From NCBI GenBank assembly GCA_046350555.1, contig JAXMAF010000009.1, forward strand, positions 9,900 through 73,899: a stretch of 64,000 nucleotides of DNA, in the 5' to 3' direction. The notes under the pieces are model-generated. The model saw only the letters and a list, made by a program, of their open reading frames with translations. It was not told where the DNA came from and made no database searches. The DNA comes from Phycisphaerales bacterium (GTDB lineage: Bacteria > Planctomycetota > Phycisphaerae > Phycisphaerales > SM1A02). The position numbers and the translations under genes were made by a program. This document shows, one piece after another, positions 28,454 to 38,712 of the stretch. Position 1 is the stretch's first letter, and each line of letters opens with the position of its first letter.

Positions 28454-30620
28454 TCGGGTGCGGTGGTGGCGTGCGTGAGTTGGTGGGTGACGGTGTCGAT
28501 CGACGTTCGCAACTCCTCCACGGCGGACGAGATGGCGGCCGCGTCGCCCGATCGAAGCGCGGCCCGCAGGAGCGGCAGGGCCTGGGGCGAGTAGCCCGCA
28601 TCGGGGTCCGTCCCGATGAGCTCATGACGGCGCCACGGGGCGCCCGGCGACCGCGAGAGCCACGTGCGCTCGAGCTGCGCCACGGTCGTCGCCATGGTGC
28701 GTCGGGGTGCGCCGTCCTTGTCAGCGCGCTCCGCGGCGTCCGCGAACGCCGATGCGGCTCGTTCGAGGGACGCGATGCTCGCCTCGAGCGCCGGCAGGAT
28801 CGCGGGGCGCGGCGGTGATCCACCCCCCGCGGAGGCCGGCGACGGCGGCGACGGCGAATCGATGGCCGACAACGCCTCGCGGATCATGGGGGCGAGCGCC
28901 CGTGGATCGAGCGGCGGCGACGGATCGTCGGCGAGGCGGCGCACCAGGTCGACGCAGACGCGCGTCACCATCAGCGCCGGCTCGTAGTCCTCGCCAACCA
29001 CCTTCCGATACCACGCGATCGTGTCGTAGTTGGAGTGGTAGCTCGTTCCCGCGCTGCCGCCGGCGCCGAGCTGGCACGACGGCACCCCCAGATGGAACTG
29101 GAACGCCTCATGGTCGCTTCCACCGTCGATGAGTCCGACCCGCGCCACGCCGTCGTCGGTCCGCGCCTTCCACGCATCGAGCGCCGACGGAAGTGCGCCG
29201 CCCTCGCCGGCCACGGCGCGCGCCTGCGGCACGGCGCCGGCCGCGGCGAGAACCGCCGCGGAGAGCAGCGGCGACGCCTTCGCGCCGAAGTTGGTGCCCA
29301 TCGCGGCCATGTCGAGGTTCACGTACGCCACGCACGACGAGGAGATCTCGTCGGCATGCTGCTCGCACCATTCGGTCGACCCGATGATCCCGAACTCCTC
29401 GGCGGCCCACGTGGCGAAGACGATCGAGCGTTGCAGGCGCCCAGCCGGTCTCGGCGGCGCGCGCGAACGCCTCGGGCGGTCTCCATGAGCACGATCGTTC
29501 CGGCGAGTGGATCCGCGGCGCCGAAGCCCCACGCGTCGTGGTGGCATCCGACGACGACGAACTCGTCCGTCGTCCCGCGCAGCGTGCCGACGACATTGGC
29601 CGTCCGCATGATCTCGCGCGCCTGTTCGACGCGCAGGTGCAGGCGCACTCCGGGCCCGCCGGTGAGTCGATAGGGAAGCGTCAGCCCGCCGCGCCACGCC
29701 TCCGGCGCCTCGTCGCCGCGCATGCGACCGAGGATCGAGCCGGCCGCCGCGTATCCGATGGGCTGCACGGGAATGCGCGGGAGCCCCGCGGCGTCGGGCG
29801 CGAGCCGCGCCGCGTCGGCCGTCGCCGGAACGCCGGGCGTCAGTGGATCGCCCGGCTGCCCAAGCCGCATGACGCTGCCGCGCTGGATGCACGAGTCGTT
29901 CGCCCAGCCGCCTTCCGGATACGCCGGACCGCGCGCCACGTCGGCGGGATCGCTGAAGATGACCAGGCCGACCGCGCCGGCGCGCTCCGCGAAGCGCACC
30001 TTGTCGCCGCGGAAGTTCCGGCCATAGCGGGCGATCGCGATCTTCCCCGCGACGTCGACGCCCAGCTCGCGCAGCCGTTCGAAGTCCTCGCGCGTCGCGT
30101 AGTTGACGTACACCGGCTCGGCGGTGACGTCGCCGCTTCCGCTGTAGGCGTTCCATCCGTAGGTGAGATCCGGATGCGCCGTCGCGGGATCTTCGAGCAG
30201 GTTGCGCTCGCGCAGGTCCAGCCCGACGACGCCGCGGCGCGCCCGCGCCTCGGGATGCGCGTTCGGGCCTGGCGTCGCGTGCGCGGCGTCCGCGGTCGCG
30301 CTTCCAGCCGGCGAGGCCTCGGCGATCGCGTCGCTCGCGTCGATGGACTCGACGACCTCGAGCGACGCGGCGACGGGCCGGCAAAGCAGCGGGAAGATCT
30401 CATGCACCTCGACCTCCAGCCCGAGGCCGACGAAGGCGCCGCGCAGCCGTTCGATCTGCCTCGCGTCTCCCGGCGTGCCCGCGACATGCGGCTCGCTGCC
30501 GAGCAGCTCATGCCACGCGCGAAGCGACGCGGCCGACGGCGTGTCGCGCGGAGCGCTCGGCGCGTCGCCGGCCGACGTCGCCAACGCCATCGCGAGGGCC
30601 GCGAGGAAGGTCGTCATCAT
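28444..30620 (-). pseudogene. M28 peptidase of the glutamate carboxypeptidase II / transferrin-receptor-like type (PA domain, M28 and dimerisation domains), with the reading frame broken twice
   Basis: The N-terminal 380 aa lie in ORF 29319..30620 (VYVNYATREDFERLRELGVDVAGKIAIARYGRNFRGDKV, GDPLTPGVPA, VVGCHHDAWGFGAADPLAG). About 17 codons lie in the frame of ORF 29108..29596 (EAFARAAETGWAP). The remainder lies in ORF 28444..30384 (RSIVFATWAAEEFGIIGSTEW). All three pieces are colinear with GCPII. Confidence 0.8.
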
Positions 30621-30758
30621 GGGACACGGTATCGACCCTGTGCCCGATGCGCGGCACGGAACGCGCCGGCTCGGCGGCGCATGTCCGGCGCACGCCTTGT
30701 CGCGTCCGCGGTGGCTCGCCTCGGCGGCCAGGCGCCGATCGGGTCCGGCGGCATTCGC

Positions 30759-30866
30759 TCATACGCATCCCAATCGACCCTCGCGCCCCACCCAACCCAA
30801 TTCCGCCGTGAGATACCGCTGTGGGCACGGGGTCCAACGCATGAAGGTCTACTGGAATCCATATCA
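30759..30866 (+). mobile_element. Family A MITE-like repeat, copy A2 (TCA/TCA flanks)
   Basis: It has the same ends and core as A1. The right-hand TCA (30864-30866) is the TGA stop codon of the minus-strand gene 30864..31940. Confidence 0.8.
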
Positions 30867-31940
30867 GCGGCGCAGGCCCGCGATGGCACGATGGACGTAG
30901 TCGGGCGCGACGACCAGGAGCGCGCCATCGTGGTAGGAGACCGACGCCCACTGTCCGGCGACCGAGAGGGGGTCGCGCTCCGCGGCGTCGCCGCGGGCGC
31001 GGCGGCGCTCGTACTGGGCGTCGCTGGCGCGCCACGCCTCCGGCTCGACGCCCGCGACGATGAAGTCGATGAGTTCCGCGGCGACAAGCTCCGGCGGCTT
31101 GCGGATGCCCTCGGCCGATCGGATCGCGTATCCCTGCCGCCTGGCCCATCGCTCCAGCGGCGTCTCGGCGATGTCGGCAATCTCCGGCGGAAGCTTCCCG
31201 GGATCGGCGCCGGGCTGCGGCGGGACGAAGTAGGGCGCCTCGACGAGGAGCGCCCGGACGTCGTACGTCCTTGTGACGCGCGCCGAGGGACGCGCCAACC
31301 AGGACTTCGGACCGACATCGATCGCGCCGTCGACGATCTGCCAGGTCGCCGGGCTGCTCGCACGGCAGCGGTCGATCACGATCGAGATCGCATCGGCGAG
31401 GCTCACGTCGATCAGGCGCAGGATGATCTTGGTGTCGCCGTCCAGCCCGTTGGCGACGTGCTCGCTCGCGTAGCGGGGGACGATCTCGACCTGGGCCGCA
31501 TCGGCCATCGCCGCGAACGCGTTTCGCGCCGTGGCCTCGTCCAGTTCCAGGTCGAGCCGCGTGTCCAGGAGCGCCGCGACCGTGCGCTGGCGCCGTGCCT
31601 CGGCCGATGGTCGGTCCGCGCGAGGCTCGGCCGCCCCGTCGCGACGAACGTGGATGCGCACGCCGTCGCGGACGAAAAGCTTGGGCGCGATGCCGGGTTC
31701 GCCGACCGAGCCACGCGTCGGCTGCGCCGCGGCCCCGCCGGGCACGTCGCCAGGAACCTTGCCCGACGCGGCGCCGGACGCCGCGCCTGGCGCAGTCGGC
31801 GGAGTCGGCGCAGCCGGCGCGTGACGCGCGCTCCGCGCTGGCGCCGCCATCGCGGGCGCGAGGATCATGCCGCCGACCGCGCTCACCAACACGCCCGTGC
31901 GTGCGAGGCGCCTCATGCTGGTCGTCGTGATCGTGATCAT
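30864..31940 (-). CDS. Secreted protein, paralogue 1 of 3 (secretin N0/N1-like two-module protein, function unknown)
   Basis: It has a signal peptide (alternative start at 31916, MRRLARTGVLVSAVGG). The conserved C-terminal ~230 aa are shared with 32259..33407 and 33657..34724 (…TWQI.DG.I.VGPK…, VEPEAW…, LLVVAPDYVHR). Confidence 0.75.
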   Translation of the reverse strand: MITITTTSMRRLARTGVLVSAVGGMILAPAMAAPARSARHAPAAPTPPTAPGAASGAASGKVPGDVPGGAAAQPTRGSVGEPGIAPKLFVRDGVRIHVRRDGAAEPRADRPSAEARRQRTVAALLDTRLDLELDEATARNAFAAMADAAQVEIVPRYASEHVANGLDGDTKIILRLIDVSLADAISIVIDRCRASSPATWQIVDGAIDVGPKSWLARPSARVTRTYDVRALLVEAPYFVPPQPGADPGKLPPEIADIAETPLERWARRQGYAIRSAEGIRKPPELVAAELIDFIVAGVEPEAWRASDAQYERRRARGDAAERDPLSVAGQWASVSYHDGALLVVAPDYVHRAIAGLRR

Positions 31941-32046
31941 GCTCGTCGCCTCGAGTCGTCGCGATGGGAATCGCGGACTCCGGAATCGCCGCGCTGCGCG
32001 GCGACGCCCTCCCGACCCGCGCCGGCGCCATTGGTGGATGCGGGCC

Positions 32047-32154
32047 TCATGCGGATTCCAGTCGACCTCCATGCGTTCGACCCGTTGCCCGCAACGGCGT
32101 CTTGCGGCGGAACTGGGTTGGGTGGGGCGCGAGAATCAACTGGGACGCGCCGTA
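32047..32154 (-). mobile_element. Family A MITE-like repeat, copy A3 (left member of a head-to-tail dimer)
   Basis: It is in reverse orientation relative to A1. TCA lies on its left flank (32047-32049), and its right end (…GCGCCGTA) abuts A4 directly. Confidence 0.75.
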
Positions 32155-32261
32155 TACGGATTCCAGTAGACCTCCATGCGTTCAACCCCTCTGGCCCACA
32201 ACGGCGTCTCGCGGCGGAACTGGGTTGGGTGGGGCGCGAGAATCGACTGGGACGCGTATCA
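32155..32261 (-). mobile_element. Family A MITE-like repeat, copy A4 (right member of the dimer)
   Basis: The sequence is TACGGATTCCAGTAGA...GGGACGCGTA|TCA. The flanking TCA (32259-32261) is the TGA stop codon of minus-strand gene 32259..33407. Confidence 0.8.
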
Positions 32262-33407
32262 CTTCGCCAGGTCGCTTCGCAAGCGCGGGTCGTAGCCAGC
32301 GAGCTGGCGATGCACGAAGTCCGGCGCGACGACCACAAGCTGGCCCTGGCGGTACCACATCGAACCCCACTGGCCGTGGAACGAGAGCGGGTCGTCCGCC
32401 TCCCGCTCGTCGCGTCGGCGCATCTCCTCCTGCTGCGCGTCGCTCTTGCGCCACGCCTCCGGCTCGACCGATTGCACGACGAAGTCGAGCAGCCCGGCCG
32501 CCATGAGCCGAGGCGTGCGGCGTTGCAGCGAGCTGCCGTGGTCCGCGGCCCACCGCTCCAGCGGCGTCGGCGCGATGTCCGCGGAGCGGCTGCCGCCGAA
32601 CGACGGGACATCCATGCACAGATCGGCGATGGCATAGACGCGCGGCACCCGCGCGGTCTCGCGCGCGAGCTGGACCTTCGGACCGACCTCCACGAGGCCG
32701 TTGTGGATCTGCCACGTGCTCGCGCCGCTCCCTCGGCAGCGATCCGCGATCGCCTCGAGCGCGACTCGCAGCGTCACGTCGCTCAGCGCCAGCGCAAGGC
32801 GTTGTCTCGGATCGATGCCCGGGTCGTTCTCCTCGACGGCGTACCACGGAACGATCTGGAGTCCGCTCGCCTCGGCGAGCGCATCGAAGACGTCGCGCGC
32901 GGTGGCGTCGTCGAGCGCGACGTCGACTCGCATCGACTCGAGCTGCGTCGCGAGGCCCTGAACCGTCGTGTCCGACGCAAGGTTGCGCGCCGGGAGGGTG
33001 CCGCGTCCAGGCGCCGGTGAGCCGGCTGCGCCGACTCCGCGATCCGGGGAGATCGCCGGGCCCGGCGCCGGCGCGGGGCGCTGCGGCGCCGCGGGATCGC
33101 CCGGGCCTGGCGCAGCGGCGGGCCGGCGGTCGGGCGGAGCGGGCGGCGATGCGCCTGGCGATCCATCCGCATGAGCGCGAACCCGGATCACCACGCCGGC
33201 GCGCTTCACCTCCACGGTCGGCCTGTCCAAGTTGGCCGGCTCGGTCGGCTTGTCCTGATTGCTCGCCTCAGTCGGCCCGGCGCGCGGGGCGACACTCGGC
33301 GCCGCGCTCGCCGGCGCGCGTGGGGGCGCAGTCCCCAGCGCGGCGGCACCGAGCGCCACGGCGGCGCTCGTCGCCAGAATGAACTCGAGCTTCCAGCTCC
33401 GTCGCAT
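32259..33407 (-). CDS. Secreted protein, paralogue 2 of 3
   Basis: The ATG at 33407 gives MRRSWKLEFILATSAAVALGAAALG. A Pro/Ala-rich linker follows, then the shared module (VDVALDDATARDVFDALAEASGLQIVP, STWQIHNGLVEVGPK, VEPEAWRKSD, QLVVVAPDFVHRQL). Confidence 0.78.
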   Translation of the reverse strand: MRRSWKLEFILATSAAVALGAAALGTAPPRAPASAAPSVAPRAGPTEASNQDKPTEPANLDRPTVEVKRAGVVIRVRAHADGSPGASPPAPPDRRPAAAPGPGDPAAPQRPAPAPGPAISPDRGVGAAGSPAPGRGTLPARNLASDTTVQGLATQLESMRVDVALDDATARDVFDALAEASGLQIVPWYAVEENDPGIDPRQRLALALSDVTLRVALEAIADRCRGSGASTWQIHNGLVEVGPKVQLARETARVPRVYAIADLCMDVPSFGGSRSADIAPTPLERWAADHGSSLQRRTPRLMAAGLLDFVVQSVEPEAWRKSDAQQEEMRRRDEREADDPLSFHGQWGSMWYRQGQLVVVAPDFVHRQLAGYDPRLRSDLAK

Positions 33408-33656
33408 CGGCAATCCTCGGGCGGCTTCGATCGCTCCGTCTGGGCTGCGCCGCACGTTCGCTCCGCCGTGAACGGCAGCGAAGGCGGACGAGACGCCGCA
33501 AGCCGACGGAACCTGCACGGTCGTTCGGAGCGCGCACCGCCCCGACGACAACCCCCTCGCCTCTCTATGACAAGCGCCGTCGCGACTTGCGCGACGGCGC
33601 CGATGAAATCCCGATTTCCTGTCGCGCCGCCGAAACGGCGTTGGGTGCGCGGTGGA

Positions 33657-34724
33657 TTACGGCTTTCCGCCGCCGGTGCCGCCGCCGTTGCCCTTGCCGC
33701 CGTTGCCGCCCGTTCCGCCGCCTGCCGCGCCGGTCACGGTCGTCGTGCCGAAGCCGACGTTCTGGATGACCGAGATGGGTGCGTTGAACGTCACGTATCG
33801 GCCTGCCGCCGGCGCTGCGCTCGCCTGCGGGCGTGGCGGGCGCGCCGAGAACGGGTAGCCACCAAGCTGGCGCTGGATGTAGTCGGGTGCACGAACGATG
33901 AAGACGCCCTGGTAGTAGCGGATCGATGCGGCGTCTCCGCCATTGTCCACCCACCGCTCGGGCTCCACCGTCTCCTGGATGATCTGAAGGAGCTGATCGG
34001 CACGCTCGGTCTCGTCCTTTCGCTTCGGGTCCTCGCCGGGGTTGCCGAAGATCGTGCCGCCGCTGCCACTTCCTCCCCCACCGCTGCCTCCGCCACCACC
34101 GCCACCACCGACGCCACCGAAGCCGCCGCCACCGCCGCCGCCGCCACCGGTGCCACCACCCGCGCCACCGTTGTTGCCCTGATTGATCGCCGAGTCGAGG
34201 TCGAACTCGGGCGCGTTGTCGAAGTGCGGCGGCTCGAAGAGGAGGTCGCGGACCGGGTAGTAGCGAATGTCACGGGCCTTGTCGAGACGATCCTTCGGAC
34301 CAACCTCGATGAAGCCGTCGCGAAGCTGCCACGTCGACGGCTCGCCGTCCGAGACCTGGTCGAGCACCATCTCGATCACGTTGAGGGCCGGCCGGGCGTC
34401 GACCTTCAACGTCACGGTCGCCTCGGGATTGAGGCCGATGGTCGCGCCCTTGTCGTTCGAGTAGCGGGCGACCAGATCCACGCCCATCTGGCTCCTGATG
34501 TAGTTGAACGCCTCCTTCACCGGCGTTTCCGAGAAGTCGACGGTGATGTCGGTGTAGAGCAGCGCTCCGAGAAGCTGGGCCTTGCTCGCCGCCCTGGTGG
34601 ACTGGGACGGATCCTGCTGGATCCTCGCGACTTCCTGGAGCCGGGTGCTCAGCGACTGCCCGAGGGCCGTCGAACCAAGGACGATCGCCGCGCCCGAGGC
34701 AGCGACGACAAGCGAAGTGCGCAT
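33657..34724 (-). CDS. Secreted protein, paralogue 3 of 3, with poly-Gly inserts
   Basis: The ATG at 34724 gives MRTSLVVAASGAAIVLGSTALG. The shared module is present (ITVDFSETPVKEAFNYIRSQMGVDLV, STWQLRDGFIEVGPK, VEPERW, VFIVRAPDYIQRQL), with a ~50-aa Gly run and a Gly-rich C-terminus. Confidence 0.78.
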   Translation of the reverse strand: MRTSLVVAASGAAIVLGSTALGQSLSTRLQEVARIQQDPSQSTRAASKAQLLGALLYTDITVDFSETPVKEAFNYIRSQMGVDLVARYSNDKGATIGLNPEATVTLKVDARPALNVIEMVLDQVSDGEPSTWQLRDGFIEVGPKDRLDKARDIRYYPVRDLLFEPPHFDNAPEFDLDSAINQGNNGGAGGGTGGGGGGGGGFGGVGGGGGGGGSGGGGSGSGGTIFGNPGEDPKRKDETERADQLLQIIQETVEPERWVDNGGDAASIRYYQGVFIVRAPDYIQRQLGGYPFSARPPRPQASAAPAAGRYVTFNAPISVIQNVGFGTTTVTGAAGGGTGGNGGKGNGGGTGGGKP

Positions 34725-34884
34725 GACGGATCTCCGATCCTGCAAGTGCGGCCGTGAGCCACGCGGGCGAAGCGTGGCGGCCCCGGGAGTATACGGGTCA
34801 GACGCTGAACGGGTGCCGGAGTTCGACGAAAGGCGGCCGGGCGAACGGCGGTCGCGCCACCACGTCCGACCGGCCGACGTCAAC

Positions 34885-36972
34885 CTATTCCGGCGACCAC
34901 ACGGCGAGCGAGTCGACGAGCGCGACGAGGGCCATCGCCTGGGCGGCGACCGGCTGGGTCGAGTCCCATGTCGCCTCGCGAATGCCACCGACCACCGTCT
35001 CGGGCCGGCGGTAGAGCTCGTTCATCGGGGGACGGACCGCCAATTGAAGGATGAACCGGCACGCGTCGCGCTGCCGCGCCGCGAGCGGAACGCGGGCCGG
35101 TGCGGGCGTCATCTCGGGATCGGCGAGCATGGCCGCGAGGCCGGCGATCGGACGAAGCGACTGGGCGGTGACGTTGGGCGAGCCATCGGAGCCGCCGACC
35201 GCCGAAGCACCCGCTCCCGCGAGGGCGAAGCCCCCGCGCAGGTCGGCGTCCTCGCGATCGAGCGCCACGTCGCCCCGGCCAGCCTGCGACGCCAAGACTT
35301 GGTCGCGAAGGTCCAGCAGCGCCGACCGTGGACGCGGTGCGGTTCCGACTGGATTGGTCGCGGCGAGATCTCGCTCGACCCACACGATCCAGGGAAGGAG
35401 CGAGACGCGCATCGGTGGCGACACGCCGCGCCACGCGGCATCGGCGGCGATCGCGGCCCGCGCACGAAACGCGCTGGCGTCGCGCACCGAGGATGTCGTG
35501 CCCGAAGCGGCCGAGGCGGCCGTCGCGGGGGCCGGCGCCGGAGGCGCCCCCGCTGCCGAACCAGCCGTCGGGAGCGATGCGCCGCCGGCAGCCGTCGCGG
35601 CGGAGGCTCGCGCCGCGCGGGCCAGTGCGCACGCCAGCAGCGCCTGCGACTGCGCCGAGAGCGGCTTGCCGTCGGTGTCGATGAATCCGTCGCGCTCGCT
35701 GAATCCCTCGTTCACGCGGGCGAGCGCCCACTCGAGCATCTGCGCGAGCCATGGCGGCCGTCCATCGGCCGGAAGCTCGAGGATCGCCAGCGCCGCCGCC
35801 GCCGCCGCGCGGCGGTCGCCGAAGGCGTCGCCGCCCGATCCAACGACCGCGGTCGAGGTCTCCGTCGAGAGCGCCTCGAGCACCTGAAGGACGGTGCGAC
35901 GCGTCTCGGCGACGAACGCATCGCCCTCGGCGCGCGACGAGGCGGCGGGGTCGCGCGACGCGCCGGCCGACCCGTTCGCATCCGTTCCCGACGTCGTCGC
36001 CGCACCCGGCGAGACGTTCTGCGTCAGGTGCAACAGCGCAAAGCAGCAGAGCGCCTGCTCGAAGGCGGGCGCAATCGGCGGGCGCCGTTCGTCGCTCACC
36101 GAGCGGTAGTCGCCCAGGAAGCCGCGCGGTGGCGCGTCGGCGCTGGGCCGATAGACGGCGCGCACCAGGCGTCGCGCCGTCGCGGCGACGAGATCGGTGA
36201 GCGCCGCGCGCGTCACGGCGGAGTCCGCGACGAGCTCGTCGTTGCGAATGAGCGCCACCGGCGGCGCGCCGGGCTGGAACTGGACGAGCCGCACGGTCTC
36301 GACCCGATAGAGCGCCACGTCGGCGACCTTCTTCAGGTCGGCGAGGTCGTTCGCCTGAAGTCCGACATCCGCCGCCAGCGCCGCGAAGGTGGCGACGGGA
36401 TTGTCGGCCGTGTTCGCCGCAAGCAGGCGACCGGGATACGCCAGCGCCCAGCGGTCGCCGCGGCGGATCGCCAGGCCGTCGACACCCGGGCGCACGCGGC
36501 GCGCCGCATCGACGACCGTCTTGCCCAGGAGGGGCGTCGGTTCACCGGCCAGCTCGAGCTCCAGCGTCAGGCGAGGGCCCGCGTTCTCGCCACTCTTCTC
36601 GATGGCGCTGCGCATCGTCGCGAGGGCCTCGCCCATCGCCCGCCCCATCGCGCGGCGCAGCGCCAATCCATCCGCGGGGTTCACGTCCGCTCGTCCGACG
36701 ACCGCGCCCGCGGCCCGAAGGACGACCGAAACGCCCGAGGTCGATGGCAGCGGCACGGCCGCGGCGGCGTCGCTTTCGCGGGGAAGTCCGAACTGATCGA
36801 GCCAGCCGCGCGCGACCATCCACGCGCTGACGCACGCCTCGACGGGTGGCGCCGACGGCGACGCGCTCCGCTCGGCCGATTGGGCAGCCTGCGGCGCCGC
36901 CAGCACCGCGGGCGGGAGTGTCGAAGCCGCGACCGCCAGCGCCGAGGCGACCAACGCGAGGCTGCGATTCAT
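34885..36972 (-). CDS. Hypothetical secreted protein (695 aa)
   Basis: The ATG at 36972 gives the signal peptide MNRSLALVASALAVAASTLPPAVLAAPQA. It is a long, non-repetitive Ala/Leu-rich helical protein. I recognise no family with confidence. Confidence 0.65.
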   Translation of the reverse strand: MNRSLALVASALAVAASTLPPAVLAAPQAAQSAERSASPSAPPVEACVSAWMVARGWLDQFGLPRESDAAAAVPLPSTSGVSVVLRAAGAVVGRADVNPADGLALRRAMGRAMGEALATMRSAIEKSGENAGPRLTLELELAGEPTPLLGKTVVDAARRVRPGVDGLAIRRGDRWALAYPGRLLAANTADNPVATFAALAADVGLQANDLADLKKVADVALYRVETVRLVQFQPGAPPVALIRNDELVADSAVTRAALTDLVAATARRLVRAVYRPSADAPPRGFLGDYRSVSDERRPPIAPAFEQALCCFALLHLTQNVSPGAATTSGTDANGSAGASRDPAASSRAEGDAFVAETRRTVLQVLEALSTETSTAVVGSGGDAFGDRRAAAAAALAILELPADGRPPWLAQMLEWALARVNEGFSERDGFIDTDGKPLSAQSQALLACALARAARASAATAAGGASLPTAGSAAGAPPAPAPATAASAASGTTSSVRDASAFRARAAIAADAAWRGVSPPMRVSLLPWIVWVERDLAATNPVGTAPRPRSALLDLRDQVLASQAGRGDVALDREDADLRGGFALAGAGASAVGGSDGSPNVTAQSLRPIAGLAAMLADPEMTPAPARVPLAARQRDACRFILQLAVRPPMNELYRRPETVVGGIREATWDSTQPVAAQAMALVALVDSLAVWSPE

Positions 36973-37066
36973 CGATGAATGGTACCGACGACCTCCGTCG
37001 TTCGTGGCACCCCTCGTCGCGTCCATCTTCACGGCGCGGTCGGCGAAGGACGGACGAGCGGCTCGA

Positions 37067-38524
37067 TCAGTTGGTCCATGCGCCGAGAAGCATGCCCAGG
37101 TCCGTCCCGTCGACCACGCCATCGTCGTTGAAGTCGCCGATCGTGTCGCACCCGCCTCCGGCCGTTCCCCCCTGGCCCCACGCGCCCAGCAGCAGTCCCA
37201 GATCCGCGCCGTCGATCACGCCGTCGTCGTTGAGGTCGCACGGGCACGCGGGCGCGAACGTCAGGAGAGCGTCGACGAGCACCTTCGCCAAGGTGCGCTG
37301 TCCGTCGAAGGTGAGATGGGCGCCGTCGAACAGGAAGCTGGTGTCGTTGGGCCCCCAGCCGAGGTCCTCCTCGGTGATCCGCCGAAGGTTGATGGCGACG
37401 ATCGCGGGATCCTGCTCGGCGAGCGCCACCATCGCGCCCGGATACTCGTCGAACGCCGGGGGCGCGGCTGGAAAGTACATGTCGCCGCAGATGATCACCG
37501 GAAACGACGGATCGCCCATCGCATCCCGCAGCCACGCGATGAGCGCGGCGACATCGGCCTGGAACTGCGCGGCGCTGTGGCCGAACGCGGCGTCGTTGAC
37601 GCCGTAGTGCAGCATCGCCGCGTGCACGCCGAGAGCCTTGAGCATCGGCCCGGAGTTCGCGTGGGCCGCGAGGATCGATCCGGCCACATAGCCACCGTGC
37701 GAGAAGGACTGGACGACCGCGCCGCGATGGTTGTTGGCGTCGACGAAGCGCAAGCCGATGATGTCCGTGCTGTCGACGAGGCTGGTGCCCCACACCTCGA
37801 CCTGCATGTAGGGAAGGCCGTTGAAGACCAGCGGCGGCGTCAGGCCCGACTTGATCGCGAGCGTCGGATCCGAGAGGCCCAGCACCAGCGTGCCCGAGCC
37901 GGTCGGCGGGTCGAAGTAGTTCGTGCCCGCGGTTGGGCTCGGCAGCGAGCGCCACTGGATCTCGCCACTCGCCGGTTTCGTCGCCGCGAAGACCTCGGCC
38001 TGGACGGTGCAGCCGACGTTGAAGTAGGGTTGGATCGGCAGGAGCGGGTCATAGGTGAGCGAGCCGTCGTACACGAGCTGCGACAGGCTGCCATACCACT
38101 GCGTGGACGCCGACTTCGCGCGGTGCGCAAGCACGGCGATCGATGGCAGGATGCTCGAGGGCGGGATGGACGGCCAGACGCCGTTCGGCGGCGCGATGCC
38201 GTTCGCCCAGAGCCAGTCGGCCGCGGGCGAGCCGCCACCCACGTTGGTGTTGGACATCAGGATCGACTCGCCCGCGTGACCGTAGTGCTCGAAGAGGCGG
38301 TAGTTGATGTTGGGGATGTAGACCGAGCCGGCGCCGCCCGGCGAAGTCTCCTGCGAGTCGCCCAGCAGCGCGATGCGCAGGATGTCGGTGTGCCCCTGGT
38401 CGAGCAGCGCGGCGAAGCGGTCCGGATCGGTGGTGAAGACCCGTGGCGTGTCGAGATAGCCCGTGAACTGGGCGGCGGCTGGCGCCGCGAGAAGCGCGGC
38501 AAGCGCGAACGAATGAATGTGCAT
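37067..38524 (-). CDS. Secreted SGNH/GDSL-like hydrolase candidate with a double dockerin-like tag
   Basis: It has the signal peptide [19 protein letters not shown] and a block-I-like IALLGDSQE. The C-terminus is [22 protein letters not shown]...[23 protein letters not shown]. The catalytic assignment is weak. Confidence 0.7.
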   Translation of the reverse strand: MHIHSFALAALLAAPAAAQFTGYLDTPRVFTTDPDRFAALLDQGHTDILRIALLGDSQETSPGGAGSVYIPNINYRLFEHYGHAGESILMSNTNVGGGSPAADWLWANGIAPPNGVWPSIPPSSILPSIAVLAHRAKSASTQWYGSLSQLVYDGSLTYDPLLPIQPYFNVGCTVQAEVFAATKPASGEIQWRSLPSPTAGTNYFDPPTGSGTLVLGLSDPTLAIKSGLTPPLVFNGLPYMQVEVWGTSLVDSTDIIGLRFVDANNHRGAVVQSFSHGGYVAGSILAAHANSGPMLKALGVHAAMLHYGVNDAAFGHSAAQFQADVAALIAWLRDAMGDPSFPVIICGDMYFPAAPPAFDEYPGAMVALAEQDPAIVAINLRRITEEDLGWGPNDTSFLFDGAHLTFDGQRTLAKVLVDALLTFAPACPCDLNDDGVIDGADLGLLLGAWGQGGTAGGGCDTIGDFNDDGVVDGTDLGMLLGAWTN

Positions 38525-38712
38525 GGATGGATCGTGAGGAGCGGTTCGGGCGCGGCGGCGGTCGCCTGATCGACGCGATTCGCACCACGTCGGAACCCCT
38601 CCCGCAGCGGGACGGTCCAGCGGTGTCGAGTCGCGCCCTTCGGATCACCGACTCGACGGGCCGCGCCTTCCCGACGAGCGAGCTTGGAATTCCAACCGAA
38701 AGCCGGAGGAAA

